Source of the DNA: Candidatus Izemoplasmatales bacterium
Lineage (GTDB): Bacteria > Bacillota_I > Bacilli_A > Izemoplasmatales > Hujiaoplasmataceae
Direction: 5' to 3'
Length of the DNA: 64,000 nucleotides
Assembly (NCBI GenBank): GCA_050949045.1
Contig: JBMNEZ010000001.1
Coordinates: 960,001-1,024,000, forward strand
Position 1 is the first letter of the stretch; each line of letters begins with the position of its first letter. Below the pieces are notes generated by a model that was not told the origin of the DNA, did not search any database, and worked only from the letters and a program-made list of their open reading frames with translations. Of this stretch, positions 45,950 to 57,133 are shown in pieces. The position numbers and the translations under genes are program-made.

Positions 45950-46582
45950 TCAAACACCAGACTCGAACAAGAGTTGGGCGAGCTCCGCTTCATACCTATC
46001 CTTGATTCCTGAAAGCAAAGTCAAATGGGAATGGTCGATGTCAAACGCCTTGCCAATCACCAAGAAGCCGCCGGATATCGGGGCAGTCTGGTCCGACAAG
46101 GTCAGTTGGAATGTCCCCTTGCCGAGAAATTTATTCAATTTATCGAGAGGAAGCGCTCCGCCGGAATTGGAATCCGACGTGAACAATTTGCGAAAACGCA
46201 CCTGATCCTGAGGCGAAGCCACGATGGTTTCGGTCCCGGTCAAGCGGTCTTTCTTCAGTAACTGCTTCACAAGCGTCATCCATTTCTCATCGGAAATCAA
46301 GGACAACTTCTTCAAGGCTTCCTGAAGCACATCAGTCAAGCATTGCTGTTTGCAGGCTAAAGTCGCGGATTTCGCTTGTTGCTCAAATTCCGTGACTTTG
46401 CTTTTGAAGCGGTTGTCTTGTTTTTCCTTGAATTTGACCTGATCGCCCAAAATCGCGTTTTCTGTTTCCTTCAGCCGGCTTTGGACAAAGCTATCGGCTT
46501 CGGCTTCGCCGGCATCGCGGATCTTCTTCGCGTCGAGCTTTCCTTTTTGCACTATTTTGTCATAGATAGATAGGTTTGCCAA
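45950..46582 (-). CDS. ntpE: V/A-type ATPase subunit E
   Basis: Helical N-half, ISGGFLV, ends LAQLLF; operon position. Confidence 0.85.
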   Translation of the reverse strand: MANLSIYDKIVQKGKLDAKKIRDAGEAEADSFVQSRLKETENAILGDQVKFKEKQDNRFKSKVTEFEQQAKSATLACKQQCLTDVLQEALKKLSLISDEKWMTLVKQLLKKDRLTGTETIVASPQDQVRFRKLFTSDSNSGGALPLDKLNKFLGKGTFQLTLSDQTAPISGGFLVIGKAFDIDHSHLTLLSGIKDRYEAELAQLLFESGV

Positions 46583-46598
46583 AAGTCTTCACTCGTTT

Positions 46599-47072
46599 CT
46601 ATAAGGGGATCCCCTGAATCATGAGAATGCTGGCTAAAAGCGCCAAAATGGCGTAGGTTTCGACGAGAACCGTCATCGTCATGCCTTTCGCGGAAGCTTC
46701 CGGTTGCTTCGCCACCATCATAATCGAATTCACCGCCATCTTTGCTTGGTAATATGCCGATAGCGGCAACACGATAATCGATGGAACGCAAGCGCCAAAC
46801 ATGGCCCAGCCTGCTTCCGCCGACAGCACGGGAGCGCCACCAGCTAAGAGCCCGAGCCGGACGAGCACCAGTATCGCAACTAAGAAGCCGTAAATGCCCT
46901 GGGTGCCGGGAAGGGCTTGCAAAATTAACACCTTGCCAAACAATTCCGGCTTTTCGCTGACGACTCCCGCCGCCGCTTTTCCGGCCATTTGTACGCCGAG
47001 TGCCGAGCCGAGTCCGCCAAAAACTGCGGCCGCCGCGGCGCCGATAATCGCAATCAATAAACCTTCGTTCAT
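46599..47072 (-). CDS. ntpK: V/A-type ATPase proteolipid subunit K (Na+-type signature)
   Basis: 4 TM; LPGTQGIYG, YYQ, VETYAIL as in E. hirae NtpK. Confidence 0.93.
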   Translation of the reverse strand: MNEGLLIAIIGAAAAAVFGGLGSALGVQMAGKAAAGVVSEKPELFGKVLILQALPGTQGIYGFLVAILVLVRLGLLAGGAPVLSAEAGWAMFGACVPSIIVLPLSAYYQAKMAVNSIMMVAKQPEASAKGMTMTVLVETYAILALLASILMIQGIPL

Positions 47073-47101
47073 AATCTAATCCTCCATTAGGTTATCTATT
47101 T

Positions 47102-48967
47102 TTATTTTACTGTATCGTTGATCATATCAACGTAATAAGTCTGTAAAGACAAAGGTTGGAAGGGGATGCCCCCGCCTTCGTAAAACTTGTTGAAGAATTC
47201 TATATATTGTAGGCGACTGTCATGAATATAGGCCGACAACATTCCCATCGCTAAATTGAAGGCATGACCGATCAGATAGACAAAGAGCGAGAAGATGAAT
47301 CCGATCACATTGCCTTGCAACATCCCCGCCAGCATGTTCATGACCATGGCGATCATGCCCGAGGACATCATCAGCGCCAAAATGCGAGAGTAGGAGAGAA
47401 TATCTCCCAAATAACCGGTGACGCCATAAAGCGAATAGAGTCCGGAGCCGAGACGGGAGAAGAGATTCTTGTTCGCTCTCCCAGAGAACAGCAGGATCAA
47501 GCCTGCGCCCGCGATCATCAACCACATCCCGGCCGTTTTCGTTCCCGGCAGAAAGAACAACCCGGCCCCGATCAAAATGAAGATCCAGCTGAATTGGTCC
47601 GCGATGATCGCGAAGTACTGCTTGTCGCGAAAATTGCGATATGCCTTGACAAGTAAACCCGAGATGATATGGCAGCCGCCGATCACGATCGACAGAATCA
47701 GCATTTCCAAGGGTTTGTCCATCGGGGACATCAGGATCGGGTTCCAGGTGACTCCGAAATAACTGCCGAACAAGATGCCCCAAATGATGGTAGAAACCCC
47801 CGAATACATCAGAACCCGAAACAGTCTCAAGGAGTTGCCTTTGGGTTTCATCTTAGCGATCAGGAAGGCGAAGAGCCCAACCATGACGATGCCGTACCCG
47901 GCGTCGCCCATCATAATGCCGAAGATGAGCCAATACCAGATCGACATAACCGGATTCGGATCGACTTCATCCGGATGCGGTTTTTCAAACATATCGGTGA
48001 TCGTTTCAAAAGCATCCACGAACCAATTGTTCTTGGTGACGGTCGGGGGCTGCTCGCCGGGATCCGGTTCGATCTGTTCCATGTCGTAAAGGTCGGTGAC
48101 CGCTTCGATCGCCTTTTTTACACGATCTATCCGGTCGCTCCGGACCCAGCCTTCCAAGAACACGGTGGCCAGGGTGTCTTGGGTTTTGACCTGTTTCAAA
48201 TGGGCATCACTGACAACCCGGTCATATAGAAGCCTGAGTTTGGCTTCTTCTTTGGCAAAGTCGCGAAGCCTAGCCTCAGAGGCTTGAATAGTGTCGTTCA
48301 ACGCGACGCTTCTCGCGTGGAATCCAGCCAGGATTGCTTCCGGGGTTTGCTCAGTTTTCGGCAGCTCCACCTCCGTGAATCCCATCATCTTGGCATGATG
48401 GTCAATCTCGGCAGCCTCGTCTTTGATGACGGCATAGACCAAGGCATGTTGCCGATCGCTTGCCCCCAGCACTTGAACAGGGTTTCCGGTGCTTTCGATC
48501 CATTCGACCAAGGCTTCCAACTGCGCATCCGGAATCAGCCCGGTGCGAAGCACGACCGTCTTGGCGACATCCAACTGATCAAGCCTGATATTCAAATCCT
48601 TCCAGGGAAGATAAGCGGCTTGTTTTTCCTTGATGGAGGCAAGCTCTTGACGGGCTTCTTCAATCGTGCGGGAGCATTTCTCGATTTGCTTTAGCAATTC
48701 CGTATGTTTCGGACGTTCGGCGATGAATTCTTCATAGGAAACCTCGATCCTAGTCTTCTCGGCCTTGTCTTGAAATTTTTTCAAAAGTGCCAACGACTGC
48801 GACGCCCGCAAAGCCAGTTGTTCCTCTGCAAGTGAATCAGTAAGTTCGATGTCGCTGTCTTTGGGTGGGATCAACATGATCTCCCCCGCCCGCTGTAAAG
48901 ATTTCAACAAAGCTTCCTTGGTTTCCTTTAAGGCTACGATTTGGACTTTGATAACGGGGATGATCAT
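47102..48967 (-). CDS. ntpI: V/A-type ATPase subunit I
   Basis: EVDP, FGIMMGDAGYG, SYSRILAL, RLQYIEFFNKFYEGGG. Confidence 0.94.
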   Translation of the reverse strand: MIIPVIKVQIVALKETKEALLKSLQRAGEIMLIPPKDSDIELTDSLAEEQLALRASQSLALLKKFQDKAEKTRIEVSYEEFIAERPKHTELLKQIEKCSRTIEEARQELASIKEKQAAYLPWKDLNIRLDQLDVAKTVVLRTGLIPDAQLEALVEWIESTGNPVQVLGASDRQHALVYAVIKDEAAEIDHHAKMMGFTEVELPKTEQTPEAILAGFHARSVALNDTIQASEARLRDFAKEEAKLRLLYDRVVSDAHLKQVKTQDTLATVFLEGWVRSDRIDRVKKAIEAVTDLYDMEQIEPDPGEQPPTVTKNNWFVDAFETITDMFEKPHPDEVDPNPVMSIWYWLIFGIMMGDAGYGIVMVGLFAFLIAKMKPKGNSLRLFRVLMYSGVSTIIWGILFGSYFGVTWNPILMSPMDKPLEMLILSIVIGGCHIISGLLVKAYRNFRDKQYFAIIADQFSWIFILIGAGLFFLPGTKTAGMWLMIAGAGLILLFSGRANKNLFSRLGSGLYSLYGVTGYLGDILSYSRILALMMSSGMIAMVMNMLAGMLQGNVIGFIFSLFVYLIGHAFNLAMGMLSAYIHDSRLQYIEFFNKFYEGGGIPFQPLSLQTYYVDMINDTVK

Positions 48968-49272
48968 GATTCAATCACCTTCTCCATCAAAAAATCCACC
49001 GCCCGGTTTTTCCGTTTGGCGGCGAGACGAATAATGCTCTCGTTTTGAGCCTGATTCTCCTTCCGGATTTTATCGGCAGCTTCCTGAATCCGAAGATCGG
49101 TGGCTTGCAATATTTCCTTTTCGGTTTTCTTGGCTTTCTCCATTAATTCCTTGACCGCCTTGTTCGCTTTAGCCTTGCTTTTTTCCATGACGGTCTTGAC
49201 TTCTTCAGAAGCCTCGAGCCGGAATTTTTCTGCTTGGGCTTCCGCTTTGAGAATCGAATCCAGTATCGGCAT
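48964..49272 (-). CDS. V/A-type ATPase peripheral stalk subunit G/H
   Basis: 102-aa coiled coil (ILKAEAQAE...), first gene of operon, AGGCGGTG RBS. Confidence 0.75.
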   Translation of the reverse strand: MPILDSILKAEAQAEKFRLEASEEVKTVMEKSKAKANKAVKELMEKAKKTEKEILQATDLRIQEAADKIRKENQAQNESIIRLAAKRKNRAVDFLMEKVIES

Positions 49273-49382
49273 CTTCTCACCGCCTTTCGAGTAATAATTT
49301 GACTTTGTTATAAAAAAAGAAAACGATATGATTGTCTCAGTGACCGTGCCATATGGGTCACAGCCACTGAAGGGGCTGGTTC

Positions 49383-50009
49383 CTATTTCGTGCCGAACAG
49401 CCGATCGCCACAATCGCCGAGCCCGGGAACGATATACCCGATCTCGTTCAGCCTCTCGTCAACGGCCACGAGGTAGATATCGACATCGGGATGGTGTTCA
49501 TGCAACATTGCAATGCCTTCGGGGCACCCGACCAAGCCGACAAAGCGAATGTCTTTGCCACCGGCTTTCTTGATCAGATCGACCGCTGCGACGGCGCTGC
49601 CGCCGGTGGCCAGCATCGGGTCGACGATCATGATTTGGGCGTTGGGCAACACTTTGGGAAATTTCGCATAATAGGTATGGGGCTGCAGGGTTTCCTCATC
49701 GCGGTAAAGACCGATATGGCCGATCTTTGCCGTGGGAATGACGTTATGGATGCCGTCGACCATCCCGAGCCCCGCTCTTAGAATCGGCACAATGACGACA
49801 TCCTTGGCGAGGATTTTACAGGAGGTCGCGGCGATTGGCGTCTCAACTTCCACTGTTTTTGTCATTAAATCCCTGGTGATCTCGTAAGCGACCAGACTAC
49901 AGACCTCATTGACGTTTTCTCTGAATGTTTTCGTGTCAGTGTGCTTGTTCCTGATGATCGCCATTTTGTGATCGATCAGAGGGTGGTTGATGGTGATTAC
50001 TTTTCCCAC
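49383..50009 (-). CDS. upp: Uracil phosphoribosyltransferase
   Basis: [35 protein letters not shown]. Confidence 0.97.
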   Translation of the reverse strand: MGKVITINHPLIDHKMAIIRNKHTDTKTFRENVNEVCSLVAYEITRDLMTKTVEVETPIAATSCKILAKDVVIVPILRAGLGMVDGIHNVIPTAKIGHIGLYRDEETLQPHTYYAKFPKVLPNAQIMIVDPMLATGGSAVAAVDLIKKAGGKDIRFVGLVGCPEGIAMLHEHHPDVDIYLVAVDERLNEIGYIVPGLGDCGDRLFGTK

Positions 50010-50455
50010 TTGTCGTTCTCCTCGTAATTACGGATGATCTCAAGCCGTCTGAGATGCCTCTCGCTAGAAGAATAATCGCTTTCCAAATACGAATCGACGA
50101 AACTGAGAACTTCCTGGATCGTGTTCGTCCGGGAACCAAGGCAAAGGACATTGACATGGTTGTGTTCTTTCATCGCCTTGGCGATGAATTCTGTATAGGG
50201 TGCACCGGCGCGGATTCCTTTAACTTTGTTCGCGGCGATGCTCATGCCGATGCCGGTGGCGCAGACCAAAACTCCGTAGTCGGCCTCTTTGTCCCTGACA
50301 GCTTCCGCCACTTTGATGGCATAGACGGGATAATCGGTCGGGGCATCGGAATAACAGCCCTTGTCGATCGTTTCGATCCCCCGTTTATGGAGATGATCGA
50401 TAATCGGTTTCTTATAGGGAAAGCCCGCATGATCTGAGCCTATCGCTATCTTCAC
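49997..50455 (-). CDS. rpiB: Ribose-5-phosphate isomerase B
   Basis: [32 protein letters not shown] start. Confidence 0.94.
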   Translation of the reverse strand: MKIAIGSDHAGFPYKKPIIDHLHKRGIETIDKGCYSDAPTDYPVYAIKVAEAVRDKEADYGVLVCATGIGMSIAANKVKGIRAGAPYTEFIAKAMKEHNHVNVLCLGSRTNTIQEVLSFVDSYLESDYSSSERHLRRLEIIRNYEENDKWEK

Positions 50456-50557
50456 GTCAACCCCTCCATCCGTCCATAACACTATGACGATTATAACAAA
50501 ATCGGTCTTTTTTTACAATAGAAAAACAACTATTCCGAATATATAAAGACTTGCATC

Positions 50558-51118
50558 TCAACGTTTAATAACGACTCTTCCCTGCCGCAGCACTTGGAGT
50601 GTGATGGTATCGTAAATTGTCGATGCGCTTCCTTGGAGATCGCCGCCGGGAACCAGATAGTCGACCTTGTCCAGATACTTGATGGCATCCTGATATTTGA
50701 AAACAGCCGGTTGGCCGGCTTGGTTCAAACTGGTCGTCACCATAGGCCCGAAATGGCTGAGGATCCGCAGTGCCAAAGCATGATTGGGGATCCTGACGCC
50801 GATGGTGTCGCGGTTAGCGGTCGCAAGACAAGAAACCTTCGCGGTCTTTCTTGCGATCAGGGTCAGTTCCCCCGGCCAATATTTTTCGGCAAGTTCCATA
50901 AAGATCTCGTTAGCCTCGACCAAGGTTTTGATCTGTTCAAGATCGTTGGCAAGCACCGCCATGGGTTTTCCGTAATCCCTGGATTTCAACCGGTAGATTC
51001 GGTCGATCATCTCGATATCATCATAAAGACAACCGAGACCGTAGACGGTGTCGGTTGGAAAGACGATGATCTTCCCGCGCAGATTTTCTTTGATCAATGA
51101 GTCGACATCAATGATCAT
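50558..51118 (-). CDS. tsaC: Threonylcarbamoyl-AMP synthase (YrdC/TsaC)
   Basis: FPTDTVYGL, KSR..KP, WPGELT, GVRIP, TSLN. Confidence 0.92.
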   Translation of the reverse strand: MIIDVDSLIKENLRGKIIVFPTDTVYGLGCLYDDIEMIDRIYRLKSRDYGKPMAVLANDLEQIKTLVEANEIFMELAEKYWPGELTLIARKTAKVSCLATANRDTIGVRIPNHALALRILSHFGPMVTTSLNQAGQPAVFKYQDAIKYLDKVDYLVPGGDLQGSASTIYDTITLQVLRQGRVVIKR

Positions 51119-51122
51119 TGTC

Positions 51123-51782
51123 TCACCCTTTCACAATCTCCAAAATGGCAATGGGATCGTCAACGATGTAGTCCGCTCCCGCTTCAACCAATTCCCGTCG
51201 CGGTCGAAATCCCCAAGTTACGCCGATCACGGCCACAGAAGCGTTCTTGGCGGTCTCAATATCCGTTTTTGTATCGCCGATGTAGACAACTTCCTCCGGC
51301 CTTGCGCCAAAACCGTCTATTATCAACTTGAGTGATTCCGGATGTGGTTTGATCGGCAGTTCCGGACGTTTACCCAGCACAATCTCGAAAGCGCTCTTCA
51401 GGTTAAAGTGTTCGACAATTAAAAGAACATCCTGATCCTGCTTGTTGGAGAGAATGGCGAGTTTCACTCCCTCTTCTCTGAGCCTCGAAATCAAATCAGC
51501 GATTCCCGGATAGAGGCTGGTCGTCTCAAGCATCCGTTTCTGATAGATTTCCAAGTATTCCCTTTTTCGCAATAAATGTTCATCCTCATCGGTTTTGCGT
51601 CCTTTGAAGATGGAGGCAATCAATGAGTCGACGCCAAGACCGACGAAAAGCTTGTAGTCTCCCAATGTGTAAGGATTCATTCCATGCATGGCCAACAACT
51701 CGTTGCCCGAATTCATGATGTCTTCGATCGTATCGAACAAAGTGCCATCGAGGTCAAAAACCGCATACTTGAACTTAGCCAA
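51123..51782 (-). CDS. HAD hydrolase (phosphoglycolate phosphatase-like)
   Basis: FDLDGTL, SNK, KPHP, YIGDTKTDI; TTG start overlapping rnhB end. Confidence 0.9.
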   Translation of the reverse strand: MAKFKYAVFDLDGTLFDTIEDIMNSGNELLAMHGMNPYTLGDYKLFVGLGVDSLIASIFKGRKTDEDEHLLRKREYLEIYQKRMLETTSLYPGIADLISRLREEGVKLAILSNKQDQDVLLIVEHFNLKSAFEIVLGKRPELPIKPHPESLKLIIDGFGARPEEVVYIGDTKTDIETAKNASVAVIGVTWGFRPRRELVEAGADYIVDDPIAILEIVKG

Positions 51783-52413
51783 TTGTCTCACCGCCAAACT
51801 CCAAGCACAGTTGCCTAGCAAGTCTCGACTTGACCGGCTTATAAGAACAGCGGTGGATCTTGGAGACGCCGAGCCTGTCAAGCGCCTCAAGATGAGCTTT
51901 AGTAGGATAGCCCTTGTGGACGGCGAATCCGTATCCGGGATAAAGAATGTCCATCCGGGCCATGATTTCGTCCCTCGCAGTCTTCGCGAGGATCGAGGCA
52001 GCCGCAATCGAAGCCGACAACTGATCGCCCTTGACGATCGCCGTCAATGGCGCTTTGAATCCGCTGAGCTCAACGTAGTCGGTGAGAATGTAATCGGGTT
52101 CGGCCTTAAGAGTCTTAATGGCCTCGGTCATCGCTTCTTTCGAGGCTTCGAGGATATTGATCTGATCGATCCGGCTCTCGGAGACACTGGCGATAGCGTA
52201 AGCAATCGCTTTTTCTTTGATGATTTTAGCCAAGAGTTCGCGTGTTTTTGGCGTTAGTTTCTTGGAATCGGCGATCCCGGCAATAGGTAGATCGGGATCC
52301 AAAATAACAGCGGCGGCGACTACCGGTCCGGCAAGCGGACCTCGTCCCGCCTCATCGGCGCCGCAGATAAAACGGTAGCCTTCTTCTCTCAGTTTTCGCT
52401 CATAGCGATCCAT
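51775..52413 (-). CDS. rnhB: Ribonuclease HII
   Basis: DEAGRGPLAGPV, DSKKL, SIAAASILAK, HKGYPT. Confidence 0.95.
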   Translation of the reverse strand: MDRYERKLREEGYRFICGADEAGRGPLAGPVVAAAVILDPDLPIAGIADSKKLTPKTRELLAKIIKEKAIAYAIASVSESRIDQINILEASKEAMTEAIKTLKAEPDYILTDYVELSGFKAPLTAIVKGDQLSASIAAASILAKTARDEIMARMDILYPGYGFAVHKGYPTKAHLEALDRLGVSKIHRCSYKPVKSRLARQLCLEFGGETIG

Positions 52414-53272
52414 AGTCTTCGATCCCTTCAAAAGTCAATGGGCCAAGCATCTGGTTGCGAAGATCGTAGAGAAAGAGGTTGTAGACTCGGTCTAGGTCGA
52501 TCAACCCGCCTGGAAGAAGGCAGCCCCGGTTTCTGCCGATGGTTTCGAACACAAGCCGAAAGTCATCCGAAAGTAACTCGAGGCCATAGCGATCCCGAAT
52601 CCGTTCGGGATATTTGCATATCATTAGCTCCAAGCCGAAACAGGCGACCGCTTCCAAAGGAATGAGGTCGGCCTTGATCGAGCCGGTGAGCGCCAAAAGC
52701 ATCCCAATACGTTCGCTTTCAAAGCGAGGCCAAAGAATTCCGGGATTGTCAAGCAGTTCAAGGTCGTTTCCCGCTCTTAAGAAAATCTGTTTTCTCGTTA
52801 CCCCGGGGGTATCGGCTGTTTTCGCTTTCGCTTTGCCCACCAAACGGTTGATGAACTGAGACTTGCCGACATTGGGGATACCGAGGACCATCGCCCTAAA
52901 CGGCCTTGGCTTCATGCCCTTCCTAGCTTCTTTTTCGCTTAATTCCCATAGCATCGCTTTCGTCCTGGCAAGAACCGAATTCAAAGGCGAGCCAGAAAGC
53001 GAATTGACCGCGAGTGCGGGGATGCCTTTTTGTTCATAGAAATCGATGAATTTCTGGGTCTCTTCCTGATCCGCGAGATCAGCTTTGTTTAAGATGATCA
53101 GCCGCGGTTTGGTTTTGATGATCGCCCCGATCAGCGGATTGGCGGATGCGAACGGAATTCTGGCATCCAAAAGTTCATAGATGACATCTACCAGTTTCAA
53201 TTTTTCCTCAACCAGCCGCCTGGCTTTCGCCATATGGCCGGGAAACCATTGGATCTGTTTCACATTCGCCAC
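52400..53272 (-). CDS. rbgA: Ribosome biogenesis GTPase RbgA/YlqF
   Basis: IQWFPGHM, DARIP, NKAD, GIPNVGKS. Confidence 0.95.
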   Translation of the reverse strand: MANVKQIQWFPGHMAKARRLVEEKLKLVDVIYELLDARIPFASANPLIGAIIKTKPRLIILNKADLADQEETQKFIDFYEQKGIPALAVNSLSGSPLNSVLARTKAMLWELSEKEARKGMKPRPFRAMVLGIPNVGKSQFINRLVGKAKAKTADTPGVTRKQIFLRAGNDLELLDNPGILWPRFESERIGMLLALTGSIKADLIPLEAVACFGLELMICKYPERIRDRYGLELLSDDFRLVFETIGRNRGCLLPGGLIDLDRVYNLFLYDLRNQMLGPLTFEGIEDYGSL

Positions 53273-53280
53273 TTCTTTCC

Positions 53281-54066
53281 TTATCTTACCGGATAGATGA
53301 CCTTGCCGAGCAGTTCATCCTCGCTGACAAGACCGAAATAACGGGAGTCGTGTGAGTTCATCCGGTTGTCGCCTAAAACGAAATACATTCCCTCGGGAAT
53401 GACGCCGTCGTAACCTTCAAAAGTGATTCTGATCGAAGTCTCGACGTTTTCGCCGTTGACACTGACACCGTTTCCATCCACAACCAAATAGTCGCCCGGG
53501 AGCGCAATCAGCCGCTTGATGAGTTTCTCGGATTTCTGGATGATGACGACATCGCCGCGCTGATATTCCACCTGATTATGGTAGATCAGCGTGAACTCGC
53601 CGTCATGATAGGTTGGTTCCATCGACTCGCCACCGATATAGGCAAAGCCGAGAAAGAAACCGTTGACGGTGATGATGATGGCGATAAACAGCGGGACGAT
53701 GCTGAAGAGATCGAAGACGGCGTACTGCTTGGTGATCGCCTTATTCTCGGCGACTTTATTGCGGTCGGCCCGAAGAATGATCACTTTTACGCTGAACCAG
53801 GCCAAATAAAGAAAACAGATGAGCATCAGAATATAGGTGACGATTCGAAAAATCCGGCCCGTCTCGGGAAACGATGAATCATCGTGATTGAAATTGAAGA
53901 TGAAAAGTGGCTTGTTCATAAAAACGATCGTCATCACAACGACAAAAACCATCAGGCAGAGCGTAAGCAAAGCCTGAATGAAAGCTTTCTTGAAAGGAAA
54001 TATTGCGGCGCTTGGTTCACCGATTTGTTCTTCGTCGATCTGATTGACTGTGTTTTCTTCGCTCAT
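53281..54066 (-). CDS. lepB: Signal peptidase I
   Basis: [32 protein letters not shown]; three N-terminal TM segments. Confidence 0.93.
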   Translation of the reverse strand: MSEENTVNQIDEEQIGEPSAAIFPFKKAFIQALLTLCLMVFVVVMTIVFMNKPLFIFNFNHDDSSFPETGRIFRIVTYILMLICFLYLAWFSVKVIILRADRNKVAENKAITKQYAVFDLFSIVPLFIAIIITVNGFFLGFAYIGGESMEPTYHDGEFTLIYHNQVEYQRGDVVIIQKSEKLIKRLIALPGDYLVVDGNGVSVNGENVETSIRITFEGYDGVIPEGMYFVLGDNRMNSHDSRYFGLVSEDELLGKVIYPVR

Positions 54067-56216
54067 TTGAGTTTGCCTAGGATCTCCTCGAGTCGTTCAT
54101 AGCCGATCAGGACCTCGCGAGGCTTCGTGCCCGCATTTGGCGAGACGATCCCGTAGACTTCCAGACTGCCAACGATTTGGGTCGCCCGGTTGAAGCCAAT
54201 GCCGAATTCCTGGGTTATCTTGTTGAGGGAGCATTTATCTTCTCTAACGACAAAACGGGCGACTTCCGGGAAAAGTTCGTCAAGCTCGGCGGTTAGTTCG
54301 GCGGTTTTGGCGGCTTCGATCAGGCTGTTGTGTGTGAATAAATATTGAGGATATGCCTGTTTTTTGATGAAAGTGGTGATCTCTTCGATTTCTTCGGGGG
54401 AAAGATAGGCCCCTTGAAGACGGCGGATCAAACCGTTTTCCGATAACAACATGTCGCCCTTCCCGAGCAGTTTCTCGGCGCCGGTGGTGTCGAGAACGAC
54501 CGATGAGTCGATTGAAGAAGGCACCCTGAAGGCGAATCTGGTCGGAATGTTCGCTTTGATCGAGCCTTTGAGGATATCGGCCGAAGGCCTTTGGGTTGCC
54601 AAGAGCAGGTGGATTCCGACCGCCCGTGATTTTTGGGTCAGTTTGAGAATGCTCTCCTCGACGTCGCCTCCGCCGCTGATCAGAAGATCGGAGGCCTCCT
54701 CGACGATGATGACAAGTCGGGGCATTAATTCAAAATCACTGTCTTGGGCGCGGCGACTATAGTAATCCTTGACGTTGACAGAACGGAAGCGCTTCAAAAC
54801 CTCATAGCGTCTCTCCATTTCGGAAACTGCCCATTTCAAAGCCTCGACGGCCTTTTTAACTTCATCAATGATCGGAGTGACCAAATGCGGGATATCGGCG
54901 AACTGCTGGAGATCAACCTTCTTCGGATCGATCAGCATCAGTCTGACCTGATTGGGGTTGTTCTTGAGCAGGATGCTTGCGATGATTGAAGCAATGCATA
55001 CTGATTTCCCGCTTTGGGTCGATCCGGCAACCAGTCCATGTGGCATGGTCTCGATCGAAGTGTAAACGGGGTTGGCATCGATATCGAGCCCCACGGCAAG
55101 CATCAGGGGATCGTCGGACATGAGAAACTGGGGATGGTCGACGACATCACCGAAAAACACGGATTCTCGCACTTGGTTGGGAACCTCGATACCAATCGTG
55201 TTCTTTCCCGGAATCGGCGCCTCGATTCTGAGGCTGAGTGCGGACAGACTCATCTGGATGTTGTCGGCGATTGCCGTGATTCTCTTCGTTTGAACGCCGG
55301 CGCCGAGTGAAACCTCATAGCGGGTGACGGTCGGTCCCTTGGTATAATTGGTGACTTCACCGTCAATATCAAAAGATAGAAGCGTTTGGTTGATGACATC
55401 GATGTTCTGTTTCACCCACTCCGGCTCAGCCTCGCTCTTTTCTCTGCTCTTGCGAAGCAGTTCGACCGGCGGCAACAAGTAATCCTCAAAGTCATTGGTG
55501 ATTTGTTCTTTGAGTTTTTCGTAATCGGGCTCAAACGTAGTGTCCGATGATTTGGGAGAATATTCGCGATACTCAAACTCGTCGGCGAAAACCGGTTTGA
55601 TTTTAGTGCTATCTTGACCGCCATCAAAATACAGGATGTCGTCCTCCTCGGCAATCGGACCGAAACGGTCGGCATCGAGTTCGCCGGATTCAATATCGCT
55701 CAGGACCTGGTCCAAATCGGATTCAATGGGAGCGCTCTTGTTCTCGCTTTCAAAGGCTTTGGCCTTCTGGAAGAAATCCTCGATCGGAATTTCTGTCGAA
55801 GTTTCCACTGGTCTTTGTTCCTCGACTTTGGGGGCTTGTTCTTGTTCTTGTTTTCGTTTCAACAGATCGTCAACCGAAAGGTCTTTGGAATGAATTTTCC
55901 GCATATCTTCGTTGTTAACGCTCAAGAATTCGTAATAGATGCTTCCGTAGCGGCGCTTTGCCTCTTCCTTGGTCAATTTTTTGACTTTGCGGAAAGCATC
56001 GTATTTTTTATCAATGTCGCCATAGAATTTGCGGTCGTTGGGAACAATGACGTCATCTTTGACAGCCTTGCCAAAAACCGGAGACACGAATTTCTTCTTC
56101 ATCGTTTCCTTATCATCGATTTTGGTAATCTGGGGGATGTAAAAGGGCCGGGAATCCTCGGTTCGGGAAAAACCGGGAACGATTCTCTCAGGCAGTTTGC
56201 GACGTCTTCTTTTCAT
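54063..56216 (-). CDS. FtsK/SpoIIIE DNA translocase without N-terminal TM domain
   Basis: [39 protein letters not shown], gamma domain IGFNRA. Confidence 0.92.
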   Translation of the reverse strand: MKRRRRKLPERIVPGFSRTEDSRPFYIPQITKIDDKETMKKKFVSPVFGKAVKDDVIVPNDRKFYGDIDKKYDAFRKVKKLTKEEAKRRYGSIYYEFLSVNNEDMRKIHSKDLSVDDLLKRKQEQEQAPKVEEQRPVETSTEIPIEDFFQKAKAFESENKSAPIESDLDQVLSDIESGELDADRFGPIAEEDDILYFDGGQDSTKIKPVFADEFEYREYSPKSSDTTFEPDYEKLKEQITNDFEDYLLPPVELLRKSREKSEAEPEWVKQNIDVINQTLLSFDIDGEVTNYTKGPTVTRYEVSLGAGVQTKRITAIADNIQMSLSALSLRIEAPIPGKNTIGIEVPNQVRESVFFGDVVDHPQFLMSDDPLMLAVGLDIDANPVYTSIETMPHGLVAGSTQSGKSVCIASIIASILLKNNPNQVRLMLIDPKKVDLQQFADIPHLVTPIIDEVKKAVEALKWAVSEMERRYEVLKRFRSVNVKDYYSRRAQDSDFELMPRLVIIVEEASDLLISGGGDVEESILKLTQKSRAVGIHLLLATQRPSADILKGSIKANIPTRFAFRVPSSIDSSVVLDTTGAEKLLGKGDMLLSENGLIRRLQGAYLSPEEIEEITTFIKKQAYPQYLFTHNSLIEAAKTAELTAELDELFPEVARFVVREDKCSLNKITQEFGIGFNRATQIVGSLEVYGIVSPNAGTKPREVLIGYERLEEILGKLK

Positions 56217-56246
56217 AGGTTAACCCCTCCAAACCTCTTTGGTTTC

Positions 56247-57026
56247 TTATTCGGGTTCGCTTTGGATCAATTCGTCAACCTTGGCTTCGATCAGAGCCTC
56301 GTCATCGGGGCTTGCGAACAGCTTTTTGCTGTAGATCTTGTTGGTTTCCTCGCCGACGATTTCGATAATCATCTTGCATACTTCCTTGGTTAAAAGCGTC
56401 ACTGACGGTTTAATCGTCAGTTTACGGAACCAGTAGATCGGATTGGCGTAGTTCAAGATTGTTCGGCTGGCGGAATACAGTTTTGAAATATGCAGTTTCC
56501 GGCTCAATTTCATCAGTTTCGAATTGTCGAGTGCTTTTTTCTTTTCAAGAATATTGATGATTGTAGAAATGCGGGCATTCTTGAACAAACGCAGAAACTT
56601 GCCGTCGACGATCTTCTCGACCCTTTTTGTCACATAGAATGTGAGATCGATGATTTCCTGGATCGACAGTTCGTACATCGGGTATTTGGAATCGGGAAAA
56701 TAATGGTGGGAGATCTCCTGCATCAGTTCCATTGAAAGATCAATAGCGACCCGGAAATAGGCGTTGTCGGTAAACTTGACCGTGTCGACAAGTTCTTTTT
56801 GTTTTTCTTCCACGATCGCTTCGACCGTCTTACTGTCAAGCGGAGCCTCCCGACTCATCAGAATCTTCTTTCGTTTTCTTCTGCCGCTTACGAGAAGCAA
56901 TGCGATCATGAGCGTAAGCAACACAAAGCCCGTCAGTATCCCTAAGACAAAAATCCGGATGTCCGGCCATGTTACCGCCATGAAGTTAAGATAGCCGCTC
57001 AATTCAAACACTATGTCTGTGCTCAT
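56247..57026 (-). CDS. Hypothetical membrane-anchored protein
   Basis: 259-aa ORF with GAGG RBS and one N-terminal TM. Confidence 0.75.
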   Translation of the reverse strand: MSTDIVFELSGYLNFMAVTWPDIRIFVLGILTGFVLLTLMIALLLVSGRRKRKKILMSREAPLDSKTVEAIVEEKQKELVDTVKFTDNAYFRVAIDLSMELMQEISHHYFPDSKYPMYELSIQEIIDLTFYVTKRVEKIVDGKFLRLFKNARISTIINILEKKKALDNSKLMKLSRKLHISKLYSASRTILNYANPIYWFRKLTIKPSVTLLTKEVCKMIIEIVGEETNKIYSKKLFASPDDEALIEAKVDELIQSEPE

Positions 57027-57133
57027 ATCTTACCTCGCTATCATACAAATTATAACTTATAAGCCCTCATTAATCAACAAACTAATCAATTGCGAATTCT
57101 CTCTTCGTGTGAGATAATGAAAAAGGTGATACC

